Source: the human T2T-CHM13v2.0 reference genome, Homo sapiens
Strand: one strand, 5' to 3'
DNA: 64,000 bases
Assembly (NCBI RefSeq): GCF_009914755.1
Contig: NC_060945.1
The position numbers were made by a program, and so were the translations under genes. Positions within the stretch are counted from its first letter, which is position 1. The number at the start of each line of letters is the position of its first letter. Below the pieces are notes generated by a model that made no database searches, was not told the origin of the DNA, and worked only from the letters and a program-made list of their open reading frames with translations. Below are positions 32,781-50,367 of this stretch, in pieces.

Positions 32781-33467
32781 ACGACCTATTCCCCAGTTCT
32801 CTGACACCAGCTGAATTAGCGCGAAACTACTGGTTAAGGGATTAGCCCAGGGAGACTGCCCTCCCTTCGCCAGCCACAAGCGGGGTGCCCAGAATGCCCG
32901 CATTTCTACCCTGCCCACTAGAAACTGAGGGATTGCCACAGCTCCCGTGAGGTTCAGCAATTCCCTGGGACGACACAGAACTCAGGGAGACACTTTACTG
33001 TTAGAAGATTATTGTAAAGAACACAACTCGGTAACAGCCGAGTGCAAGAGATGCGCAGCACGGGGGGTGAAGGGCGGGAGTGCTGTCCTCACAGCACCTC
33101 TGTGTGCCCACCTGCCTGGAAGCTCTCCGAACCCTGTTTAAGAGATTTTTATCCAGGTTTCATTATGTCATTGGCCATTAGTGATTGAATTCAACCTCCA
33201 GCCCCTTTCCCTTCCCGCAAGAGGAGTAGGGACATGTTGGAGCTGAATGAAAGTTACAACCCTCTGATCACATGGTGTGTTGCACCAGCCCCACCCTGAA
33301 TCCATCCTAGAGCCCGCAATTAGCCACCTCATTAGTAGAAACTGTGATTTGACTAAGGGAGTCATTATGAATAACAAAAACACTCCTATTGCCTAGGAAA
33401 TTCCAAGGGGTTTAGGAGTTCTGTGTCAGGAACTGGGGACAAAGACCAAATAGATTTTTTATACCAA
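32770..33467. mobile_element. MER21-like LTR abutting the distal HLCS CpG island
   Basis: tctctgacaccagctg..ggttaagggattagccc..gagactgccc..cacagaactcagg..ggaaattccaaggggtttaggagttctgtgtcaggaactggggacaaagaccaaata. Confidence 0.6.
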
Positions 33468-33568
33468 ACTCCCTAAACCAATAACCCAGTTTAATCGTGA
33501 GAAAAACATCAGACAAATCCCAGCAGAGGGACATTGTACAAAATAGCCAACCTAAAATCGGTCAAGGT

Positions 33569-34011
33569 TGTGAATGTGGTCAGAATCAAAATGGTGGAGT
33601 CATTTGTGTTAAAAGAGAGAGAAAAAAAAAATGACAAATAGAGCTGGGGAAAGCCATGAAGAGGATTCTTGTTCCTAAATGCGTGATGTCACAAATGCTC
33701 ATAAAAGATCAACACTGTCCACAGAGGCCATGTCAGCCTTCCCAAAAGAAGATTCCTGCCAGGACATCTGCCCAGCAATAGCCTGTCCAACTTCAGACTG
33801 GTATCACCCTGATCGATACTTGTAGCTGAGGCTAATTATCAAAAACAATATGTAATCCTCCTCATTTTTTCTTTAAAAATCTTGGTCTTCCTTTACCTCC
33901 CTGAATTTCACACACATAGCTTAAAATGGCCCACATGGCTCCATTGCAATGCCCTGTTCCCAAATAAATACCATTTTCTTTTAGAGAACCTCTCTGTTAT
34001 GGAGGTTGACA
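33569..34011 (+). mobile_element. Solo ERV1 LTR (MER39/MER34-like) inserted in an L1M 3' end
   Basis: TGTGAATGTGGTCAGAATCAAAATGG ... GAGGTTGACA, internal AATAAA (~33963), 4-bp TSD aggt (33565-33568 / 34012-34015); L1M sequence on both flanks. Confidence 0.7.
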
Positions 34012-34457
34012 AGGTCACCAAAACCAAAGAGAGTGTGAGGAACTGCCTCAGCCAAGAGGCATCTAAGGAGACATGATGGTTAAATGTAAGTGGTGTCCTA
34101 GATGGGATCCTGGAACAGAAAAAGGACATTGGTAGAAAATGGAGGAAATTTAAATAATGTACCAATAATATCAATAATATAACGTACCAATGTTGGTTTA
34201 TTAATTGTTAACAAATGTGCCATACTAATGTAAGATACAAATATGAGGAAACTGGTTTATGGGAACTCTCTGCACTATCTTGCAAATTATCTGTAAATCT
34301 TAAACTATTCTAAAAATAACGCTTTAAAAAAAAATTAGAGCTGAGTGTCATGGGCACACCTGTAATCCCAGCACTTTGGGAGGCCAAGGTGGGAGGATCA
34401 CTTGGGCCCAAGAGTTTCAGAGCCAGCCTGGGTGACACAGTGAGACCCCATCTCTTA

Positions 34458-34694
<237 letters not shown>

Positions 34695-35580
34695 TTATTT
34701 GGGAGGCTGTGGTGGGAGGATAGCTTGAGCCCAGGAGTCCAAGACCAGCCTAAGCAATATAGCAAGACTCCCTCTGAAAATAAAAGGAAAAACAATTACA
34801 AAGATTTAAAAGCCCTTCAATTTTGAGGATCCACCTTCTTTAAACAGCAGAGGGAGAAAGTGTATAAATTGAGTGACATTCACTGGAATTAGGAGATCCG
34901 GAGTGGAAATTTCCAGAGAAATTCCAAAAATCCTGGTGAGAAGAAAGGAATAGCCATAGCAGGCCCTGAGAATACAGAGCTTCCTAGCCAAGTCAAATCC
35001 GTCCCATCCTTCTCCCACCTCCACTCCCCCTCCCCTGGCACCAAGGGGGTCAGCAGAGGGAGCAGAAACCTTCAGCCACTCCCCTTCCTGCAGACCAGCA
35101 GCCCCAGCCCTGACCACAGCTGGCTGGCCTTGGAATGAAGCTTGAAGGACTGATAAATACCTGGGACTGGACGTACTAGTTTCTGAATTGAGAACAAGTT
35201 TGTGATTTAAAGTGATCTTGGCCGGGCGCAAATGGCTCACGCCTGTAATCCCTGCCCTTTGGGAGGCTTAGGCGGGCAGATCACCTGAGGTCGGGAGATT
35301 GAGACCAGCCTGGCCAACATAGCGAACCCCCGTCTCTACTAAACATACAAAAATTAGCCAGGCATGGCGGCTTGCGCCTGTAATCCCAGCTACTCAGGAG
35401 GCTGAGACAGGAGAATCACTTGAGCCCAGGAAGTGGAGGTTGCAGTGAGCCAAGATCTCACTACTGCACTCCAGCCTGGGCAATGGAGCAAGACTGCATC
35501 TCAAAACAAACAAACAAACAAATCAATAAAGTGACTCTAAGATTGTCCCCAACCTAACATGAGCAGAAACGTTTTGGGTC

Positions 35581-36003
35581 TGTGTTATGAGTTCAATTGT
35601 ATCCTCCTAAAAAAGCTATGTTAAAGTCCTAAATGCTCGCATACCTGAGAATATGACCTCCTTTGAAAACAAGGTCGTTGCAGATGTAATTAGTTAAGAT
35701 GAGGTCACACTCACCTAATATGCCTGGTGTCTTTGTGATAATATGGACATATGGCGACAGAGGGACTGGGAGAATGCCACGTGACAACAAAGGCAGAGGC
35801 TGGCCCAATGCTGCAAACCACCGAAGCAAGGAAGAAGCGAGGAAGACTTGAGGAAGGATCCCCCACAGGTTTCAGAGGGAGCACAGCCCTCCTGCCACTT
35901 TAATTTTGAACTTCTAGGCTCAAGAATTGCGAGACAAAATTCTGTTGTTTTAAGGCACCCCGTTTGTAGTACTTTGCTGCAGAGGCCCTGAGAGTCCAAT
36001 TCA
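35581..36003 (+). mobile_element. MLT1-type MaLR LTR
   Basis: tgttatgagttcaattgtatcc..ttgcagatgtaattagttaagatgaggtca..ggtttcagagggagcacagccct..tctgttgttttaagg. Confidence 0.75.
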
Positions 36004-36370
36004 GCCCTATTAGCTTTTTCATCCGGGGCAAGTGAAGATACTCTCTACTGGATACAGATAGAGATGGTAGAAGATAAAGCTGTGTTTCTCACGTCCTGTG
36101 AGTTATGCATGCAAGGTACCAGTTACTCAACTGTCCTGTGGACTAAATCTCTTTAAGGGACTAAGGGAGCTTACCAGGCCCCTGGTAAGGAGGCCTAGGC
36201 CCATAGGTGGTACCAAAGCAAAAGGGACCTAGCACAGTGGTGAAAAACTCCAGCATACCTTCTGGGAACTTGCCCTGCAGATACGGTCATCTGTGTGCAA
36301 AATGGTGTATGTGTGTACAAGGTTATTCACTGAGGCATTGTTTGCAATAACAGAAGGTTGGAAACCACTA

Positions 36371-37469
<1,099 letters not shown>

Positions 37470-37631
37470 AAAAATTGGGAGGAAGCAAGAAAGAAAAAGA
37501 GTAAGGGACCTGTTTGTATACTAATAGAGAAATAGAAATATCTGGAATACAGTAACCTCCCTTTTGTGTAAAAGGCAGGGAGGCTGATAAGAAAATAATA
37601 TAACTGTATTTCGGCCGGGTGGAGTAGCTCA

Positions 37632-37979
<348 letters not shown>

Positions 37980-38721
37980 CTATCAGTACACAGCCAAGGG
38001 TGAAATAGGCCATGGCTAGAAGTGAACAAAGTTATTTACTCACAGAAAATGGGCAGTGGGCTAGGCATATTTACTCATCTTTATTTCAAACGTTAGAAAA
38101 GAATTCCTGTACATTTCTAGGAGCCATAGATGCCCAGGATACCAATGCTTTTACTTCCTCACATTCTTCATGCTTCTGTAGCCGCAGAGCAAAATATAGA
38201 TAGTGTTTTCTATAGGTACACTATAAGAACCCAGAGAGGCAGAGGAAACTGGATGGGTCTGAATTCCAACCCATCAGAACAGAAGCTAAGTTTCAGTGTG
38301 ACCCACAGCCTGACTAGTTTTCATTCAGGATTGGTCTTTCAGTTCCAGGCCGGGAGCATGGTGGCTCATGCCTGTAATCCCAGGACTTTGGGAAGCTGAG
38401 GCGGGAGGATCAATTGAGTCCGGGAGTTTGAGACCAACTCAGGCATTATAGTGAGACTCCATCTCTACAGAAAATTTAAAAAGTAGGCATGGTGGTACAT
38501 ACCTGTAGTCTCAACTACTTGGGAGGCTGAGGTGGGAGGATCTCTCGAGCCAAGGAGGTCGAGGCTGCAGTAAGCCATGATGACACCACTGCACTCTAGC
38601 CTGGGTGACAGAGCGAGACCCTGTCTCAAAAAAAAAAAAAAAGAGAGAAAAAGAAAAAAATGAGTTCCACATCTTGCTCGCAGCCCATTCTCTATGAATT
38701 GAGAGATGACAGAAGATGACT

Positions 38722-38752
<31 letters not shown>

Positions 38753-40321
38753 GAGATGGAGTCTCGCTCTGTCAGGCTGGAGTAGTGCAGTGGTGCAATC
38801 TTGGCTCACTGCAACCTCTGCCTCCCGGGTTCAAGCAATTCTGCCTCAGCCTCCTGAGTAGCTGGGATTACAGGTGTGCACCACCACGCCTGGCTAATTT
38901 TTATATTTTTAGTAGAGACAGGGTTTCACCATGTTGGCCAGGATGTTGTCAATCTCCTGACCTCATGATCCACCCACCTCAGCCTCCCAAAGTGCTGGGA
39001 TTACAGGCGTGAGCCACCGCACCCAGCCTGGATGACTTTTTAACCATGTGTTTGTGATCTTCTCCATGGCCTCTGCTGCTCAGCTTATTAATAGGTTGGT
39101 TGGCCATCTACAATTTATCTTTCATGTCTTTCCCCCAGAAAGCCAGTGTACCTGTGATGGGAGATCAATCCTGACAGCTCACAGAACGAGTCTGGTCTTC
39201 TGTGGAGCACACCTGCTAAGTCCCAGACTCTGCAGCAAGCCTGGCTGGCTTCACATCACACTCCTGATCTTCGGGGTGACTTTGAAGTAATGATTGAGCT
39301 TCTCTATGACTTGGTTTCCTCTCCTCAAAATATGGATAACCTACTTTCTCTCTTACATGCTTATTGTCAGGACTGAGTAAATTAAAATCCACAAACCACA
39401 GTCCTGGCACACAGTACATGCTCAATAAATGTTAAAGTTATAGTTACTACAGTAGCTATTATTAATGCAGTGGACATGTCTCCGCCTCAGCTTCCATTAT
39501 CTTGTCTGCAAAATGAAAAGATGAACCAGGAATGAGACTGAAGTTCTCTTCTAGCTCTGAGATCTGTAGGTCTGGCTTTCCTGATTTGCTTTGTCCATTT
39601 TTTTTTCCCACATGGCACTGTATGTGCCCAGGCAATATGTAACGAATAGGAGTTTCTTCTGTTTTCCTATAGAAACAACTAGAAGAGTGAATCTCATTAC
39701 ATTGACAAACTCAGGGACCAGGCCAGGCGCGGTGGCTCACACCTGTAATCCCAGCACTTTGGGAGGCCGAGGTGGATGGATCACTTGAGGCCAGGAGTTT
39801 GAGACCAGCCTGTGCAACATGGTGAAACCCCGTCTCTACTGAAAAGACAAAAATAGCCAGGTGTGGTGGTGCGCACCTGTAGTCCCAGCTACTCAGGAGG
39901 CTGAGGCAGGAGAATAGCTTGAACCAGGAGATGGAGGTTGCAGTGAGCTGAGACCACAGCACTGCACACCAGTCTGGGCAACAGAGTGAAACTACGGCTC
40001 AAAAAAAAATGACCACACACTGGGCGGTTTACAACAACAGCAGTGTCTTGTCTCACAGCTCTGGGGCCTGAAGTCTGAAACCCAGGTGCCTGCAGCGTTG
40101 TTTCCTTGAAGAGGCTCTCGGGGAGAATCAGTCCCATGCCCCTCTCCCTCTCCTTGCATCTGATGTTGCCAGCAGACCTTGTGTTCCTTGGCTCCTAGAG
40201 GCTTCACTCCAGTCTCTGTGTCTGTCTTCTCATGGCTGTCTTCTCCGTGTGTCTCTGTGTTTCCAATCTCCTTCCGCCTTTTTCTTATGAGGACGCCTGT
40301 CATTGGATTTAGGTTCCACCC

Positions 40322-40712
40322 TGTGTTAGTCTGTTTTGTGCTGCTGTAATACAATGCCAGAGACTAGGTAATGATAAAAAAAAAAAAAAAGGAAATGGAT
40401 TTCATACAATTCTAGAGGCTAGGAAGCCCAAGGTCAAGGCACTGGTAGGATTGGTGTCTGGTGAGGGCCTGGTCTCTGCTTCCAAGATGGTGCCTTGAAT
40501 ACGGGGAGGAACGCTGTTCCTTACAAAGCAAAAGGGTATAAGAGTGAGAACCCACTCCTGACAGCCTTTTTTTTAAGGGCATTAAACCCATCCATGAGGG
40601 CAGAACTCTCATGGCCTAATCACCTGTTAAAGGCCCCACCTCCCAATACCATTACATTGAAAATTAAATTTCAACAACAGTTTGGGAGAGGACAAATATC
40701 CAATCCATAGTA
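40322..40712 (-). mobile_element. Solo MST-type MaLR LTR nested in MLT1
   Basis: TGTGTTAGTCTGTTTTGTGCTGCTGTAA ... AATCCATAGTA flanked by a 5-bp TSD caccc (40317-40321 / 40713-40717). Confidence 0.8.
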
Positions 40713-40751
40713 CACCCTAAATCCAGAATGATCTCCTCTCAAGATCCCTGC

Positions 40752-40822
40752 TACCACCTCCTTCTCCTCCTTCTCCTCCTCCTCTTCCTTCTCCTCCTTC
40801 TGCTTCTTATTGTTGTTATTTT
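40752..40822. repeat. Degenerate CTC/CTT trinucleotide low-complexity tract (Alu tail derived)
   Basis: cacctccttctcctccttctcctcctcctcttccttctcctccttctgcttcttattgttg. Confidence 0.75.
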
Positions 40823-41434
40823 AGAGACAGGGTCTTGCTTTACCTCCCAAGCTAGAGTGCAGTGGTGCGATCATAGCTTACTGCAGCCTCCAACCCCTGG
40901 GCTCAAGTGATCCTTCCACCTCAGCCTCCCGAGTAGCTGGGACTACAGTTGTGTACCAACATGCCTGGCTAGGAGTCTCTAATTTAATTGCATCTGCCAA
41001 GCCTCTTTTTCCAAGTAAGGTCACATTCACAGGTTCTGGGGGGCAGGGCTTAGACATAGATTTTTGGGGGCCACTGCTTAATGTACTGTAGGAGGGCCAC
41101 ATCCTGTGTACTACAGGGACAGCCTGAGGTGAGATTCTGCTACCTACCACGTGCCACCTGTGGATAAAACTTTCTGCTTTCCGTGTTTTCTCATGGTGGG
41201 TGTTAGCTCAAAGTACATAATTAAATTGGACGACTCCATAGTACTTCTTCATTTTCTTCTGAAGCTAGCTGAGCAGTGACTGAAACAGAGGAAACCCCTG
41301 CCCTCATGGAACTGACACACTCCTAGGAAAGGCAGACAACAAGTAAAACAAATAGGTAAGAGACAGTAGGACAGGCACAGTGGCTCACGCCTGTGCTCCC
41401 AGCACTTTGGGAGGCTTAGGTGGGTGAACTGCTA

Positions 41435-41704
<270 letters not shown>

Positions 41705-42126
41705 TTATGTTAAATGTAATGGAGAAAACTGAAGCAGGGAAGGAGGCTAGGGAATGCCACGGTACACGTGTCTTTGTGAGTGTGAAGGAGAGAGAGGCTT
41801 TAAACAGGTGTCCAGAGAAGGCGTCATCCCCGGAGGAGATCGGAGTCAGACCTGAAGGAGGTGAGGTGGCAGGCCATGCAGACGTCTGGAAGGACAGTGT
41901 TGCAGGCAGAGGCCCTGAGACATGAATGTGCCTGGGAGGCTCCCAGGCCAGAAACAGTCCAGAGGGAAGGGGGTCTGTGGGGAGTGGGGTAGGGAAGGTA
42001 AAGCCAGGGCTATAGATGGTTCCAGCTTCCAGACATCAGTCATGGCATGGTTAAGCTAGGGATGTCTGCAGTCATGCAGAAACGCTTCTTCTTCTTCTTC
42101 TTTTTTTTTTTTCTTTTTGAGTTTGA

Positions 42127-42466
<340 letters not shown>

Positions 42467-42649
42467 TAGTAGAGACAGGGTTTCTCCATGTTGGTCAGGC
42501 TGGTCTCAAACTCCCGACCTTAGGTGATCCTCCTGCCTCAGCCTCCCAAAGTGCTGGAATTACAGGCGTGAGCCACCGCGCCTGGCCTTTTTTTTTTCCC
42601 GAAAGCTAACGTGGGCCTTAACATAAGGATTCAAAAACAGGTATATTTC

Positions 42650-43675
<1,026 letters not shown>

Positions 43676-44937
43676 TTAGGAGCAGATAACAGGAAATACG
43701 GTCTAACTAAACAGAAGAAAAGGAAATTATCATTTCCCTGCTTGTCTTCAGCACTGTTTATGTAAAAATATTCTGACCTCTTAGATGTTCTGAGTTTTGG
43801 GATCCTCTTCCTAGGCAGGCCGGAAACCTTCAGGGCTGACATCTTTACTTTTTGTTTCCAGGCAACAGTGGAGAGTCAGCATATGAAAAAGAATTTTTAA
43901 TTAAAGACAGCAGGAGAAGAAATAGAATCTCCATTTTATTTAACTCCCGGGCAGAGAGGGTTTCACACACTTGAAGTTCAGCAATTTTTCCCAGTTTATA
44001 AGCCAGGGGCCTAATTAAGTTTCTTAAGATTTCTACCCCTTCCCCAAATTACTTCCTCTATTATAAAGACCTCCCATGGACTCAAACAAAGTTTAAGAAA
44101 TAGTTTAAAATACTTGGTAACACAAAAGGTCTTTGAATTCCCAACTACCTCAATGGCAATTTATTTTGTTCACTGTATTTTAATTCCTGCACCTGCAAAA
44201 GAAAAACTAAAAAACAAACAAACAAAAAACTCTCATTTTACATTACCAGTAAATTTATTTTTCATTAAACACATTTTCAACAAAAACACGCATAATTATG
44301 GATTTTAATTATGGTTTATGTAGCTACATTCTACCTCCCCGAGGACAGATTATCCACATAAATTATTTGGAATTCTTCTACTAAGGAAATTTGTCTATTC
44401 TCCCCATATTTTCAATTATTCAATATTTACTGATATCAATATAAGCTCAAGAGTATTTATTTTATACCTCGAGTTATAAACAAATATTACTTTATTTTGT
44501 TGCTCAAATTGTCCCAGCTTTGGCCATGGTGGTCTTATATTGTACTTGGCCGAAGGAAAAAAAAAAAGAGAGAGAAAATAGACTGTCTACTGCCTGCAGG
44601 TGCTGAGTTTGGTCTTTTTGCTCTTTAAATTTATTTTTATTTTATTTTATATTTATTTTTTGAGACAGAGTCTCACTCTGTCATTTGGGCTGGTGTATAG
44701 TGATGCAATCTTGGCTTACTGCAACTTCCACCTCCCGGGTTCGAGCGATTCTCCTGCCTCAGCCTCCGGAGTAGCTAGGATTACAGGTGCACACCACCAC
44801 GCCTGGCTAATTTTTTGTATTTTTTTTTTTTTAAGTACTGACAGGGTTTCACCATGTTGGCCTGGCTGGTCTCAAACTCCTGACCTAATGTGATCCACCT
44901 GCCTCGGCCTCGCAAAGTGCTGGGATTCCAGACGTGA

Positions 44938-45237
<300 letters not shown>

Positions 45238-45464
45238 TGACCCACCCGCCTTGGCCTTCCAAACTGCTGGGATTACAGGGGTGAGCCACCGCGCCTGGCC
45301 GTGGCATTCACTTTCTACAGCCCAGGTATCTGACAGGAACTCGAGTCCTGCTTCTCTGTACCAGTTACTTAACCTCTGGGAAGTCCAGTTTCTTAATCTG
45401 TAAACTGAGGATAATGCCTGATTTGCAGGGTTAGAGGGAGGATTATAAATTAATGTATGCTCCA

Positions 45465-45737
45465 GAAAAGACCAAATGATTCTACCTCTGTGAGGTGCCT
45501 GGAATGGTCAAATGCATAGATACAGAAAGCGGAATGGTGGTTACCAATGGCAGGGGGTGGGGAATGAGGAGTTACTGTTTCACGGGTACAGAGTTTGGTT
45601 TGGGATGATGAAAAAGTTCTGGAGATGGGGGGCCGGTTGCACAACAATGTGAGTGGATTTATTGCCACTGAATTGTACATTTGAAAATGGTTAAAATGGT
45701 AAATTTTATGTTATGTACCTTTTGCCACAATAAAAAG
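45465..45737 (+). mobile_element. L1MB-type LINE 3' end fragment
   Basis: gagttactgtttcacgggtacagagttt..gatgaaaaagttctggagatgg..gccactgaattgtacatttgaaaatggttaaaatggtaaattttatgttatg. Confidence 0.75.
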
Positions 45738-46127
45738 TAATATATTCATTGTTGAAAATTTAGAAAACAAGTTTTAAAGCCCCTCCAAATCTTTGGTAAT
45801 GTCAGCACTCAGCAGGCACTTCTGTTTTATTTGTAGCCTTTGAATATATAGTTCACATCCTATGCATACAGTTTTGTTCTTTCCACATGGTCATGTTTTT
45901 CCTATGCTGTCCAAAACTCTGTAAACATATTTTTATTAACTGCATACTATTCTACCGTCATTTGTTTAATCATTGCCATATTTTTGGACATAGTTTTTCA
46001 ACAGTGTAAGCAGCGCTCTCTGATTAAATACATCTTCATTCCCATTTCAGAATACATCTACAGTATAGACACAAGTAGAATTACTGGGACAAAAGGTGAA
46101 CTTTCATTTTTGTTGTGCTTTTTTTGA

Positions 46128-46592
<465 letters not shown>

Positions 46593-47158
46593 TCATTTTC
46601 TTTTCTTTTTTTAAAAAATTATATATATATATATTTGAGAAAAATAACAGCGTCTCACTCTGTGGCCCAGGCTGGGCTGCAGTGGTGTGATCATGTCTTA
46701 CTGCAGCCTCAACTTCCTCGAGCTCAGGTAATCCTCCCACCTCAGCCTCCTGAGTAGCTGGGACCACAGGCCCACTCCACCACGCCTGGTTAATTTTTGT
46801 ATTTTTGTAGAGACGGGGTTTCACCACTCCGGCCAGGCTGGTCTGGAACTCTTGACCTCAAGTGATCTGCCTGCCTCTGCTTCCCAAAGTGTGCAGATTA
46901 CAGGATTGAGCCACCGCGCCCTGCCCAGTGTTCTTGTAAAACCCCATTCTGCATTTAGATTAAATATGGTACCTTATTGTTGCAATATGGCCCACTAATG
47001 TTCTTTGCCTCCTTCTAGCCTCCTCCCATTAATTCCCCCCTCTTAAATGTTTGCCTTTATTTAGATTTAATTATTGTTGCTCAAAATCTTAATTAAAAAA
47101 ATGTGAAAACACTTTAATGTCTGAAGTTCTTCGATTTTTTTTTTTTTTTTTTTTTTGA

Positions 47159-47380
<222 letters not shown>

Positions 47381-47383
47381 TGA

Positions 47384-47736
<353 letters not shown>

Positions 47737-47819
47737 TGAGAACCACCGCGCCTGGCCTAGTTCTTCGATTTTTTAACATCCATCACAGTAACTTAAATTA
47801 TATAAAGTAACTACCCCTG

Positions 47820-49500
47820 AGGAGCCCGGGGTAGTTGAAGGCCCTCCAGCGCCTTCGGTGTTCTGTCGCAGTGCTCTACGTGTGAAACCGCTTTCTCCCA
47901 CCCTGGCCGTGCGCTGGTGATGGTGGCAGCGGCGCTCCAGCGACGCCCGGGGAAGTGTCCCCAGGGTCGGGCAAGGTCGCTTCTGCTGGTCGGGAGGCCC
48001 TTTCTAAGCCTGGCTGGGGCTAACCGAAGGAGAAGCCCGCCGCTCCAGGCTTTATTAAAAATTCGCATTCTTTCCAAGGCCGCCATCGGTGGGAAGGGTG
48101 CGCTCGTAGCACCCCTCTTGCTCGGTTCCATTCCTGGCCTTCTGTCTCCTGGAAGGGTCGCCGCGCCCCACCCCACCCGCTTCGCCACGGGTTCGAGCCC
48201 TGGCGTCGGGGCGTCCGGGAGCCCACTGTCCAGCACCGAAGGCAAGGCCGGTGCACGCGGACCCGAGGATTCGGTAGATGTCCCCGAAGACCCGCTGCCG
48301 CTCTAAGGCGGTGGAAGCGAGATTCTCCGGAAACCCAGGGAATCCGATGCTCGCACAGGACCAAAGCCCGAGGCCGCGGGGACCACAGAGGGACGGAGAA
48401 GCCGGGACTCCTCACATCCCACATCCGGCAGGGGAAGCCCAGCAGGTGAGCGCAGGTCCCCCCAGTCCCCGAGGGAGTGCGCCCGACGGAAACGCCCCTA
48501 GCCCGCGGGCCTCGCTTTCCTCTCCCGGGTTCCTGGGTCACTTCCCGCTGTCTCCAGCCCGAGCTCGTGGCCCCAATCCCTGGTACCTCCATCCTCTGGT
48601 CACCCCTTCTCTGGTGCCCCCTCCCCGACTTTTCTTTGTCCCGTCCCCACCCTTGCCCGGGCCTGCCGGACCCCCCTCCTTGACACCCGGCGCCACCTCC
48701 TTGAGCTTTTCTCGTCTCCTCCCCATCCCCGGCTCCCTGGTCCCCTCCCGGAACTTCTCTGGTCCCCTCCGCTCCTCCGACCCGGGCTTTTCCTTCGTAC
48801 CCTGCGGCCCCCTCCGCACCCCTCACGGAGCTCCTCGGGTCCTGCCCCCTCCCAGCGCTTGCCCGCGCCGCCCCGCCCCCGTTTTTAAACCTGGCGCGCG
48901 GGTAGGTGAGCGCGTTAGCCCGAGTGGATCTAGGCGCGCTCGTAGGCCGGCGCCGCAGCAAGGGGCGCGGGCTCCGCCGGCACCATGGAGCCCGAAGCGG
49001 CGGCCGGAGCCCGGAAGGCGCGGGGGCGCGGCTGTCACTGCCCCGGGGACGCTCCCTGGAGGCCTCCGCCACCGCGCGGGCCGGAGAGGTGAGGGTGGCC
49101 CCGCGCCCCGGTGGACGCGCTGAGAGGCGTGCGCGGTGGCGGTGCGGGGAGCGCAGCGAGCGGGAGGCTGGGGCGCTGCTGAACCCCCGATCCCCAGCGG
49201 AGCTCCGGAGCTCGACGGCGACGCCAAGCAAGCTCCTGAGCCGGCAGCCGGGTTCCCGGGAGGGGCGCTCAGTTCTCCGGTTCCAACGCACAGCTCTGAA
49301 GTGCGGAGGCCCAGGATGTAGCTGGCCAGGAAAGGGGCCGACGCTTCCGTGTAGAGGAGATCTCAGTTAGCCAGCCGGGGACACTGCAGTCTCGGGCTCC
49401 TAAGCCAGCCTTGCAAAGGCAATCTCTCACCTTGCTACTTTCTCGGTAGCCGTTTCTGTTGTCCCTGGATTGGGGGCTCGGCGTTCGCTGTCCCTGGGCA
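47820..49500. promoter_or_regulatory. RIPPLY3: CpG island / RIPPLY3 promoter and exon 1 region
   Basis: ~1.7 kb GC/CpG-rich unique sequence; GC boxes (ccccgcccc ~48871) followed by an AT element TTTTTAAA at ~48882, about 100 nt upstream of the ATG. Confidence 0.85.
48985..49088 (+). CDS. RIPPLY3: RIPPLY3 (DSCR6) exon 1 coding part, [34 protein letters not shown](S)
   Basis: Strong Kozak ggcaccATGG at 48985; donor GAG|GTGAGG at 49089; 104 nt, phase 2. Confidence 0.93.
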
Positions 49501-50367
49501 CCAACCCTTTTAAAGACAGTAACGTTGTAGGAAATCAAATTAGCCAGGGAGGTAGGGAAGGGACCGGGTAGGCCGGATGGGCCAGGTAGCCAGGCAGGAG
49601 AAAGATTCCCTCTTTTTTTTTTTTTTTTTTTTTTTTTGAGACAGGGTCTCACTGTGTCGCCCAGGCTGGAGTGCAATGGCGTGATCTCGGCTCACGGGAA
49701 CCTCCGCCTCCCGGGTTCAAGCGATTTTCCTGCCTCAGCCTCCTGAGTAGCAGGGATTACACGCGCCTGCCACCACGCCCGGCTAATTTTTGTATTTTTA
49801 GTAGAGACTGGGTTTCGCCATGTTGGCCAGGCTGGTCTCGAACTCCTGACCTCGAGTGATCCAGTAACCTCAGCCTCCCAAAGTGCTGGGATTACAGGTG
49901 TGAGCCACCGCGCCCAGCCCCCTTTTTTTGTTTGTTTGTTTTTCATCCTACAACTCTGTAAAATCATCTCTGTAGAATCAATCTCCTTCCGTGACCAAGG
50001 TGGTGTGATTGAAATTAACCGGGGACAAAGTAGACAGCTATAGTTGGGGAACCCCGAATTGAACAATTCAGCCAGGATTTGCAGGGAGAGAAATCTCTCA
50101 ACTAATGGGTTCCCTGATAATTGTGTGAGATTCGGGACCTCCCTTCTCAAAGCTTAACTGGAGACAGAGAACTGGGGACGTAGCAGGAGAGAAAAAACAC
50201 AAATGACAGTAATTTATCCACAGCCCTGAGAACTCCAGGGAAAGTTCCTGGGGGGTCCGGTGCCTCTTTTTCAGGCAGACACTGGAACTAAGAATAGCTC
50301 TCATGGCATAGTTTGAAGGCAGCAGAAGTGCCCAGGGTTCACTCTCTCCTGGCGCTTGCCGTTCCAG

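Larger units (their letters stand above)
40010..41090 (-). mobile_element. MLT1-type LTR (minus strand) containing a nested MST LTR and an Alu fragment
   Basis: cacacactgggcggtttacaacaacag..gtctcacagctctgg..cattggatttagg|MST|ccctaaatccagaatgatctc..ccaagtaaggtcacattcacaggttctgggg. Confidence 0.7.

Noticed and set aside
31987-32960. Overlapping 205-246 aa ORFs on both strands
   Set aside because: GC-rich stop-poor promoter sequence; no protein-like composition or family similarity.
48020-49291. 423-aa minus-strand ORF and 281-aa plus-strand ORF (48278-49123) over the RIPPLY3 island
   Set aside because: Typical CpG-island artefacts with Gly/Arg/Pro bias, no recognisable domain, and overlapping long ORFs in several frames; the plus ORF is out of frame with RIPPLY3.
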